Below are positions 47,801 through 59,800 of a DNA stretch of 64,000 nt, piece after piece. Within the stretch, counting starts at the first letter, position 1; every line of letters begins with the position of its first letter. The position numbers and the translations under genes are program-made. The stretch is from Tubiluchus corallicola (Eukaryota > Animalia > Priapulida), in the NCBI GenBank assembly GCA_030141605.1, contig JAQGDQ010000552.1:62001-126000 (forward strand), in the 5' to 3' direction. The notes under the pieces were generated by a model. It was not told where the DNA came from. It saw only the letters and a list, made by a program, of their open reading frames with translations, and did not search any database.

Positions 47801-50800
47801 TTTGCTTTTATCATGCTATTTTTGTAGTCAATACGCGCAATGATAAAAGTAGTCCGTTTCCTGCATCCTTGCTCCATCTTGAGGGAGAATGTTAAAGTTT
47901 TGCATACAGCTAAACCTCTTTATACTGCCTGCTTAAGGACTGCTTAAAAAATTGGCGTTAACTGACTTTGCCATTATAACAAGGTGCACATGTATATTAG
48001 TTTTCTCATTTTAGTTTTTAATTTTTTGCTATCAGTTCAACTATAAATGCCAATATCTTAGCTGCGAAACGACGTAGAGAGCTGAGACTGGTTCGGAAAA
48101 AATCAGCTGCACGAACAGGAGAATAAGAGTATGCATATAACTATAAATTGATACCTAACACGCTATGGATGGGTTTCAGCCCTGCTCAGGGATCTTCTGA
48201 TGACAATCAATCTTTGAAAAAATAGGCAGGGCAGAATAGTAGGTGAACCTACCCAAGCAGTTTTTCATTGGTGACCTATCCATTTAGTACCCATCCCAAG
48301 GGTTTATCTACACTGACTAATCATAAACATAAAACATTGACTTCTTATGATGATTTCAAAGATATTGAAATGTTTGAATGATGACCTGACCAGATTTCAT
48401 CTAAATAAATTAACAACGTTTGCCAGTGCAAGCCAGTTAACATTTGCTCCATTAAGCGTTCAAAAGTAGCAGGCGCATTAACCAGACCAAAAGGAAGAGT
48501 TTTAAACTGCCACAACCCTCTGTGTGTTACAAATGCGGTCTTTTCTTTGTCTTCCGGTGCCATTTCTACTTGGTGGCACCCTGATTTTAAATCTAAAGTG
48601 GAGAACCACTTGGCACCGGAAAGAGCATCGATTGAATCATCAATGCGAGGCAGGGGATAACTGTCTTTTATTGTAATCGAATTGAAAGCCCTGTAGTCTA
48701 TACAGCAGCGCGTTCCTCCATCTTTTTTTCGTACAAGGACCACCGCAGAAGACCAGGGGCTGCAAGACGGTTCAATTACTCCCTGTCTCTGCATTTCATC
48801 CATTGCTGAATTTAATTCCTCGCGTTGCGCCTGGCCAAGACGCCTTGCTTGAGTCTTAATAGGGTGGTGAGTACCTGTATTAATGCGATGTTGAACATAT
48901 ATAGATGTTTTGTTTTGCTAAAAATTTGGGTAGTAAGTGAGGTTGCAATTGTATTTCTGTTTGTTTAAGGATCAATCTCTTGGACACCATACTTAGTGTG
49001 ATGGAGTCCTACACTCAGCACATGGAACAAATTCTAGAAGAGAGAACACGACAGATGCTGGATGAGAAGCAGCGCACGGATCGGTTGCTATGCCGACTGT
49101 TGCCACAGTAAACGCTTTCATGAAACACTCAAATTGCAGTGAACTTGACCAAGTTGTGATTCAAAGCAATTTATTAATCAGTTTCTGTAAACAATTGAAC
49201 AATACTCACTGTTTGTTAACAAGTTATATGCAAAGCGTGGCGGCTTGTCAAGTTGTCACAGCGTGTGCTTCTTGAACGAAGTTAAAGAATACCGGGTTCA
49301 ATACTTGGTTTGGGCGGTTTCACAACACTGACCTGTTAATCTCAATGAGGATCTATTCACATCTGAACATGGCCAAATCAACTGTACCAGCCCAGTGTTT
49401 TACCTTAGGCGATTATTCTTAATAACTAGATAGGTGCTGGTCCCACTGCAAGCATCTCTCTTAAGTAGGCCTGCCATTGGGTGCTGGATTCCAACTTACA
49501 GGGTGCCAAACTGCAAAATGTTTCTGATCTCGTAAAATTTGCTTTTGTAAATAAATCAACACAGTACACAGTGAATAGGTGCATTGCCAAGCATTTTCCC
49601 TCCCTAAGGCCCAGTTCACATGGGGGGTGGGGGGGGGCGCTTGAAGTTTATTTCACATGCAAACCAACCGAGAAGTTTTTTTACTCACATCTAAATAGTT
49701 CTAACGTTCACAGATACCTTCGCAGTTTGCAACTTGTAGAAATTACAATTAAAGGGTTTTATGAATAGTAGACTTGCTAATTTCTTGAAATAACTATTAA
49801 CAAGTTCACATTCTGAGAATACAGATATGTCATAATTATACAGTCAACCTCGGAAGTAAAGGACACCTCGGGACAGGAAAAAAATCGTCCTTTATATCCG
49901 ATGTCCCTTATAGCCGCAGTTGAGTCAGACCGAGGGTGTATCTCAGCCTGTACTTTTACCCGTATTTTTATGGATTATTGCTACACAGTCAGTGCAAACG
50001 GTATGTAGGAAGCTCCTTCAGTGATGTGAGATGTATGTGACCGCGGAAACCGAGCTGTTCGAAGGGCGAGTTTGCGAAAAATTGAGGTTAAAAATCGATC
50101 AATTTCTCTTTGGTCATAGGGTCCCTTATATGCGAGGTAATTTACCTGGGTTTCTATTATGTGGCACCTGAAGACATCGTCCCTTATCACCGAAGGTCCC
50201 TTATATTCGAGTACCTGGAATATATTTACATAGGAAAAACATTACGAAAAATCGGGACTGATGTTGGTGGTCCCTATAAGCGCGTGTCCCTTATAAGGGA
50301 GTACCTTATTCCCGAGGTTGGTTGGTTACTTGTTTTCACGGACATAAACATCAATAAAACAAAAAATTGTCTGTATGTTAAAAAAGAGATCAAAAAGTTA
50401 TCTTTTTATGCTGAATCATGTTAAATGTTGTTCGTTAAACAAGAAACAGCAGTTAAATTTTAATGTGAATTCTGCAAGCATTCCTCCAGAAAGGGGAACA
50501 TGCTGTGTTTCTACCAATTGGCTAGTTTCCTCATAAGGAGAACGCATAGCTTCTAGCTGGCAGCAGAAATCCTCATGAGGAGAATGCATAGCTTCTAGCT
50601 GGCAGCAGAATTCCTCATGAGGAGAATGCATAGCTTCTAGCTGGCAGCAGAATTCCTCATGAGGAGAACGCATAGCTTCTAGCTGGCAGCAGAATTCCTC
50701 ATGAGGAGAACGCATAGCTTCTAGCTGGCAGCAGAATTCCTCATGAGGAGAACGCATAGCTTCTAGCTGGCAGCAGAATTCCTCATGAGGAGAACGCATA

Positions 50801-53800
50801 GCTTCTAGCTGGCAGCAGAATTCCTCATGAGGAGAATGCATAGCTTCTAGTTGGCAGCAGAATTCCTCATGAGGAGAATGCATAGCTTCTAGCTGGCAGC
50901 AGAATTCCTCATGAGGAAAACGCATAGCTTCTAGCTGGCAGCAGAATTCCTCATGAGGAGAATGCATAGCTTCTAGCCGACAGCAGAATTCCTCATGAGG
51001 AGAATGCATAGCTTCTAGCTGGCAGCAGAATTCCTCATGAGGAGAATGCATAGCTTCTAGCTGGCAGCAGAATTCCTCATGAGGAGAATGCATGTGCCCC
51101 AAAAAGTAGGAATGTCGCAAGGAATTTTTCCTCGAGGTAATTTGCGGCACGCGCTTTGGATGAAACAGATGTAAGAGACACTGGGTTGTCATTGTGTCAA
51201 GCTAGGTAGTTTGAAATGATGCCGAATATTCAATTTCTGACGTTCTGTTGTTCTTAGGAGCGTGGCGGATGCCCTAAAAGCTGGAAAGACAGTGATGCCG
51301 GAGCACTTTGATATGGTTTCCGTCTACTTCTCAGACATCGTTGGCTTCACGAACATCTCCGCCGACAGCAGCCCTTTGCAGGTAAGAATTATGATGCATA
51401 ACGGATGTTTGTTCTTGTATAGAGCTTAAATGTGCTTGATTACCTTAATAATAGTAGTGGTGGAATGTGGCTGCATGATCTAGTGAACCAGTTGTGGACC
51501 TTGAGAATGCTTTGATGTTACGATGAAAAAAGCATACGTATTAATGATAAAAAGTTTTTATATAATGTAGAGATTAACTTTGTCAGCAAGAGATTAATTA
51601 ATTGAACTTCGCAGCATCTCTCATTAGGTAATTAACTACAGTAACTTAATTAGATTTTATCTTTTTACAGATTGTGAAATTTCTCAATGACCTTTATTCT
51701 TGCTTTGATGACATCACGTCATCTCACGACGTCTACAAGGTAAGTTGACCGCCGGGGCGTCGGAGCCGTGGGGTAGCAGCCCTCCTTGGCCTTTCCCAAA
51801 GGGGGCAGTGCGTGAGCAGAACTTTGCCTTTTTGATGGAAAAATGTGTGGTTATCCACGATTACCCTGAAGAGTTTACGGGAACATTAGCCAGTTTCACA
51901 CAAGTGATACTGTACATTGTTACAGTGCAAACGCTGCAGTTACTGAAAGATTTTTCAATTTTTTGATTTTTGAAATTTTTTTTGAAAAATCCATTTTTGA
52001 TTTGTCTAAGGTAAGCAAATGCATTTCATATATAATATCGCCTGAAAATCCATTGTTGTAGGAGTAGAAACCTACAAAAATAATCAAATATGAGGTAATC
52101 GGTGCTTAGTTAGAGCAGTTTTTCACGAACCCGTGCAAAATGCAGCAAATGCTTATGGTCCTGAAGCCCTTAATATGCAATTAACTGTCATGCACGTTAG
52201 TAATAGTCACACCTGCACCTGCCAGGCACACATACATGAATCAGGCTACTGAAAATAGATGCTGGTGCTGTCCTCTGTTGACAAGAAAGTTAATATGTAT
52301 GCCTTACAGTCAAAAACGCGAGCAAAACTTGCAGAATTGCAGGCTGCTGAAAATAAATACAAGTGCTGTTCTCTGTTGACCAGAAAGTTAATGTGTAGGC
52401 CTTACAGTCAAAAACGTGAGCAAAACTTGCAGAATTGCAGGCTGCTGAAAATAAATACTGGTGCTGTCCTCTGTTGATCAGAAAGTTAATGTGTAGGCCT
52501 TACAGTCAAAAACGTGGGCAAAACTTGCAGAATTGCAGGCTGCTGAAAATAAATACAAGTGCTGTTCTCTGTTGACCAGAAAGTTAATGTGTAGGCCTTA
52601 CAGGGAAAAACGTGGGCAAAACTTGCAGAATTGCAGGCTGCTGAAAATAAATACTGGTGCTGTCCTCTGTTGACCAGAAAGTTAATGTGTATGCCTTACA
52701 GGGAAAAACGTGAGCAAAACTTGCAGAATTGCAGGCTGCTGAAAATAAATACTGGTGCTGTTCTCTGTTGACCAGAAAGTTAATGTGTAGGCCTTACAGG
52801 GAAAAACGTGGGCAAAACTTGCAGAATTGCAGGCTGCTGAAAATAAATACTGGTGCTGTTCTCTGTTGATCAGAAAGTTAATGTGTAGGCCTTACAGTCA
52901 AAAACGTGAGCAAAACTTGCAGAATTGCAGGCTGCTGAAAATAAATACTGGTGCTGTCCTCTGTTGACCAGAAAGTTAATGTGTATGCCTTACAGTCAAA
53001 AACGTGGGCAAAACTTGCAGAATAGCAGGCTGCTGAAAATAAATACTGGTGCTGTTCTCTGTTGACCAGAAAGTTAATGTGTAGGCCTTACAGGGAAAAA
53101 CGTGGGCAAAACTTGCAGAATTGCAGGCTGCTGAAAATAAATACTGGTGCTGTCCTCTGTTGACCAGAAAGTTAATGTGTACGCCTTACAGTCAAAAACG
53201 TGGGCAAAACTTGCAGAATTGCAGGCTGCTGAAAATAAATACTGGTGCTGTCCTCTGTTGACCAGAAAGTTAATGTGTACGCCTTACAGTCAAAAACGTG
53301 GGCAAAACTTGCAGAATTGCAGGCTGCTGAAAATAAATACAGGTGCTGTCCTCTGTTGACCAGAAAGTTAATGTGTAGGCCTTACAGTCAAAAACGTGAG
53401 CAAAACTTGCAGAATTGCAGGCTGCTGAAAATAAATACTGGTGCTGTCCTCTATTGACCAGAAAGTTAATGTGTAGGCGTTACAGTCAAAAACGTGAGCA
53501 AAACTTGCAGAATTGCAGGCTGCTGAAATTAAATACTGGTGCTGTCCTCTGTTGACCAGAAAGTTAATGTGTAGGCGTTACAGTCAAAAACGTGGGCAAA
53601 ACTTGCAGAATTGCAGGCTGCTGAAAATAAATACTGGTGCTGTCCTCTGTTGGCCAGAAAGTTAATGTGTAGGTGTTACAGTCAAAAACGTGGGCAAAAC
53701 TTGCAGAATTGCAGGCTGCTGAAAATAAATACTGGTGCTGTCCTCTGTTGGCCTGAAAGTAAAATTGCTGTTATTACTGAATATGTGCTGCAGTCTGCTG

Positions 53801-56800
53801 TTGTGTGACTTTTGTGTCTCACATTATAATTTGCAAGATGCTCTGAATTATACCACACAAAGCAGAACTACTTTCTGAAACGACACGATGAAGGTGGTTG
53901 ATGAAAATGGTGGTACTCATGCTGGTGGATGGTGGACAGCCAGCAGCACTGGAAATTATGAAGGGGTGTCGACAGTCATGGTGGTGATAATGATTGATAG
54001 TTTTGACAACGATGGTGATATGAGTCTGAGTAATCTGCAATCTGTGTTACATTTTTGTTTAAGAAAAAATATTGAATAAGGTCTATCAGTTTATTTTCAT
54101 CTACTTTATTGACCCATTTAACTGCAACAAAAAATATAAGAAAAATTAAATTCAACGACGTAAATTCTAATCCTCAACAAATTTTAATTGATGCGCTAAA
54201 TCGGTGTTACGTAAGCATATGTGAAAGTCATGTTTGAAGTTGTTGATCAGTCACTTTGTTATGATTGAGTTTAGGCACAGAAGTATGAACAAGAATAAAA
54301 AATCTATAATACATGTTTGCACTGCACATAACAGAAAAGTGTTTATTAAACTACAGACACATGAGTAGCATGACTGCTGCACTGAACAGTGAGAGTGAGA
54401 GAGTGACTAGAAAGCAAAACCAGTCGGTATAGAACTTGACCTATGCAGACTTGCACAGGCCTCACAACAACCATTACTTTTAAATAGGGAGAGGATCAGT
54501 GTGTAGGCATTCACTACAATTATACTGAGGGTAAGTCAGCTGGTAGAATGTAACAGGATTAGCCCATAGATGGCAGCACCTAATTATAATGTACAATTCC
54601 AACTTCCACAAACTGCCTTGAATTCCTCTACAATGTCATCTACAGTTCATTTAATCAGAATATTTAATTGTTTTATGCAAATGAAATGAAACGAGAAATC
54701 AGACGGACAGCATCTCGGCGCAATTTTTGTTTACAAAAAAAAACAATAGCGGTAATGTTTTGAAAAAATTTCAACACTAATAGATGCACCTCCAGGTGCA
54801 ACACTTCGTTAGATAATACAGTCTGTAGTAGTAGCACTGGCAACCTTTGTTTTCTTAAAATATTGTCCTATGCCAGGTACGATAGAAATTCCATGGCAGT
54901 GAAGAAATTAAATAAATATAAAAGTTAAAAACTCAAGATACGTTAAACAAAGCTTTTTACTTTTTCACAAAATATTAAGTCATTTAAATCCCACTGATAT
55001 AAAGTTAATTTGCATAAATTCCTTGTACACAATAGACACATGTAAGCAGTTAATCTCTTTGTGTCTTTACCACACTCTTGTGAATGTTTTTTTTATGTTT
55101 TTTGCCAAAGTGTTTTATATTATACTGTTTTTATTATACACTGTTTTACTATTGAGTGGGAATAAAATAAATGAAATAAAAATACATCAAACAAACTTTC
55201 TTTATTAAGATGTTGACTATAGTTGTGCTCTTAGGTAGAAACGATTGGCGACGCGTACATGATCGTGAGCGGATGTCCGATCCGGAACGGGAAGAGGCAC
55301 TTCTGTGAGATTGCCAACTGTGCCCTCGACCTCCTGCACTCTGTCGTGGAGTTCAAGATCGCACATCGACCGCACCAGCAATTGCGACTGCGAATAGGTA
55401 CGTTATTTCCCATCTAATGCAAATTGTTCAATTTAAATTTAGCTTCACAACAGCTGTTATCAATCTGTTTTTTCCTCGGGCCTCTTACCTGTCGAATTTT
55501 CTACCTCTTAATTGTTTCCTTGTTAACTACAATCTCGACCAATTTAAGAGCATTAACAAGTACTTTCTATCGCAGCAAATTAGCCATACGAATTGACAGT
55601 TATGCATATGAATTGACAGTTATGCATATGAAATGACAGTTATGCATACAAATTGACAGTTATGCATATGAATTGACAGTTATGCATACGAATTGACAGT
55701 TATGCATATGAATTGACAGTTATGCATATGAATTGACAGTTATGCATACAAATTGACAGTTATGCATATGAATTGACAGTTATGCATACAAATTGACAGT
55801 TATGCATATGAATTGTCAGTTATGCATACAAATTGACAGTTATGCATATGAATTGACAGTTATGCATACGAATTGACAGTTATGCAGCGTGCCACCTTTA
55901 ATCTATTAGATTTGTTTGAGACAATTTGTTCACAAAACTAGTGGCCATTGATAAATGATTGAATAATGATTGAAACAGTATTGAAAAATATTTTTGCACC
56001 GGCTGTAGATCTGGTACCAGGTACTTACTCACATTCTTGTTGTTGCTCTTGTTGTTGAATGCATACCCTTCATAAAAACTTGTAAGATTTTCGTAATGAG
56101 CTAATTGGATTGTGATCATATCTGCTAGGCATGTACACTGAGGACGCAGTAACAGAGAACTCTTCAGACCTGTCCCCCGTTGACCATTTCGAAGTAGCCA
56201 CCAATTGAGCTCTTTAAGCTGAATGCTGCACGATGCTGCCATCTGGCATTGAAAATAATGCGAAAACAATTTACACTTCCTTTAAAATGCTATTTTTCCG
56301 CTAGTATATATTCGTGAAATTGCATGTGGCATTCGATGCTGGCATCTACGTGCATGCTAAAGGCGTAACAGAGTCCGAATGAAGATATTTCCCTTCGGGG
56401 GTACCTTTGGTGGGATCCCAAAAAATTTTATTTCTGCTATCTTTATGAAGCTGAATGCAGCTTTGGGTGCTGGCAAAGACCAACATATCATGACCCATGC
56501 ATATCAAGGGCGCAATGTGGTAACAGAACCCCCGAACTTCAATTTTTTCCGCCGTGGTGGATTGGAGCAAAGGTGTGTTTGCTTTAAATAAAAGTTCAGT
56601 CTCAGCACTCTTTATTTTTTCATTTGAGAAAATGTGGTATGCGAGGTGCAAAATTGAAAAGAATACAAAATTTAAGACAGCAGTAAACATTGAACTAGAA
56701 TTAGCCATGTACTTTTACAAACCTACACGTCAAATCATTTTTATAATCACCGAGTAAATTATACTATCATGGAAGATGCTGCCCTCTACCGGTAATGTAG

Positions 56801-59800
56801 ATAACTAGCGCTATATGTTTATAAACATTGGCAAAAGCACGAAGCAAATAGGATTAGGAAAAAGCTGTGAAGCAAGTACTCCCCCTTCCAAAAACAAATA
56901 TAATGAAACAGTCATCAAAATATAATGCTATTAAAATATAGTCATTAATTCCGCGTGAAATGAAAACTCTTAATCTTTATCAATTTAAAAAAGCATCAAA
57001 GAATTACCTGCTACAACGGTATAATTAACTCACAATTTTACTCATCCTGATCTTAAGTTACTAAAAAAACTTATTTTGTTCTAATGTACATTATAACTGA
57101 TGAAAAGTAATGTTAATTGTCAATTGTTTCACTTATCTGGAGGAGGACTCGAAAGCTCAATGTTCCTTCCCCCTCCTCACAGTAACTCACATAGTTTATT
57201 TTTTTTCAGTGTTATATCAATTTATATGTATGTTTGAGTTGCTGTGGAATAAATTCATAATTCATAAGTATTCCTGTAAAAATTGCTCAACAGAGATGAA
57301 AACGTGTTTTTTTTTATTCATAACACTTATTCATCCTTGTACGAAAGAAAGTTAAATGAAGTTTGGCTGTGATCTCACACTGTGTGAGTACTTGAGAAAA
57401 TTGAATAAAGAGATTAAGTTTGTTGAGAATAGATGCCAGAATCTATTGCGTGACACCTCTTTATTGTTTCATTGGATTTTGAATTGATAAGAACAATTTT
57501 TGCAAGGATTCTGGGACTGTTAAATAAAGGTTGAAGATTAGCAAAAGATATGCCTAGTTTTCATTTGGAAAAATTATTTTCAATGAGCGCTTTTGAACTG
57601 TTTCTAACAAATCAGAGAGATTCTGGAAAAGAGACGAGTGCCATACCTGACAAGCGTATTTCAACAACTGGTCTAATCGCGGTGCTGTACATCTGCATCA
57701 TATAATTAGAAGATGTTTCAGCTCTTTTCATTAGTCGCAAAAGATAAATTCTTTTACTCGCTTTAAAATAAATTGAATGTACGTAGGTGTTCCACGTTAA
57801 AACTTTAGGTATTTGTATGCCTAAAAGTTTAACGGAATTAACTCTTTCTACCTTCTTATTAGACACAGTAATAGAAGGCATATCAGGAGGCTTAGCCATG
57901 AAAGTGACAATCATTTCATTAATTTAGACATATTGAAATTTAGCTTATTGGCGTTCGCCCATTGTAATACCTGATTAGCTGCGGTTTGAATTTTGAGATA
58001 GTCTGTAGAGGTGCCGTCACTATAGTCGGATATAGTCGTGTCGTCAATATACTTGACGTCATCACATATTGTGTGTAAGTCATTGATTACAGTAACGAAC
58101 AGAGTTATATAATATGTCTATGTCTATGTTTGATTGACTGTGTTTTCTCTCCTCGTAGGTTTACACAGCGGTTCCTGCGTTGCTGGTGTGGTCGGATTAA
58201 CCATGCCACGTTATTGCCTGTTTGGCAGCACAATCATGGATGCCGCTCGCATGGAAGCCAGCGGAAAACGTAAGTGCGATCAAACCGGATGGGGGAACAA
58301 AAATGTTCTCAAACTAATGCGCCCAGTTTAGACCATCAGGTTTCCCTGGTGATTGTGGGTGAGTGACAGGCAAAAGTGGTAGCGTGGACATAATACATTC
58401 ATCGGTGACATGAAAAAGAATGACAACTTTTACTGTTAATCAACCAGATGTTAAGTTAACTTGCCAAGTAACTCGCAAGTGTGTTCAGATTAGAAACCAA
58501 AATTTGTTGCAAGTTACTCTCACACAGTAAACGTGAGCTGACACTCGCTTCTCTATTCACTACGAGAAATGTCAATGAGGCATTCACACTAGCGTTAGAC
58601 AACTCAATGTAACTGTCGGAGAATTTGCAATTTTTTGCCGGCAGTAACTCACAAAACAGTTCACACTTGTGAGTTTGCTGACATAGAAAAACTCGCAAAT
58701 CTGAACGCATCGTAAGCCAATACTCACTTGACTATTCACTACGAGAAGTGTTGAGAGTAACTCCCCAACGCATTCACACTAGACAGTAACTCAACTCGCA
58801 CCAACTGTCGAAGAGTTTGCAACTTCTTGCCGACAGTAACTTGCAGAGGACTTCGCGATTGTGAGTTTGCCGTCAGAGAGAAAATTCGCGACAGAAATCT
58901 CGCTAGTGTGAACGCCCCTTAAATAAGTGTGAGATTGGACTAGGCCAGAAGTTGAAAAGCAATTCAAGAAGCTGAATACATTGCTGTAATTGTAGGTTTT
59001 TCACAAGGATTGAATCCAGTCTGACTCAGATAGTGAAAAACATGTCAACGCAAAGTCTGGTCATGTGTCAAAGTCAGCAACACTTCTGTTTAAGTTGTTC
59101 ACATTTTCTCACATCAGCCGTTTCCTTAGATTTGCCAAAACGAAGGCAATCCGAGGATTGCCGAAAAAAAACCGTTTCATGTCATCTTTTGTAGTAGTGT
59201 CACAGTTATGTCACCAGTTACGACATAAATTTCCATACAGCGGTAGATAAATAAAAACAAAGAAATGCATGTCAAAACCTACTACGCTAATTTACTATGG
59301 ACTCAGGATTGTATATGTTCTACAAAGCTTTCATACAGTTATATAGGTTTTACACGTCAAATGTAGACACAGTAAAGTTCAAGTGTGACTCAGGTAAGTC
59401 AAATGTAGACACAGGAATTTCGAATGTGATTTGGTAACTCAAATGTGTCTTAGGTAAGTCAAATGTAGATGCGGTACTTTGAATAAATCGGTAATTAACT
59501 CATTTAAGTGCAAATTACAAAATGGCCTGCATCTGCGGCCGTTATGATATTAACAGACTGTTCTGCCAACTGAGCTAATATTGCCATTCTCTGACCATGA
59601 TTCTGCACTAGAAGATTTTCTCTAATATCTGCAAGAAGACGCTTTATTTCAGCCTATTAAGATTTGTTGAAAACCATTGTTAGCACATTTGAACCACCTA
59701 AGTCTACATTTGAGTTACCAAGATGCATTTGAATTACCCAATCTACATTTCAGTTAACGCAGGTCTACATTTGACGTGTAAAACCTATATCATTTTTCAG

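Noticed and set aside
48165-48210. Second hammerhead-like string on the minus strand (cagaaga-t-ccctg..aggg-ctgaaac)
   Set aside because: Core box is mutated (CAGAAGA) and the stems are incomplete; at best a decayed remnant.
50416-51192. 258-aa ORF with 14-aa [14 protein letters not shown] repeats (metal-binding-like)
   Set aside because: A 42-bp unit without a stop in one frame gives a long ORF by chance. It is antisense intronic, with no synonymous-bias evidence or splice support.
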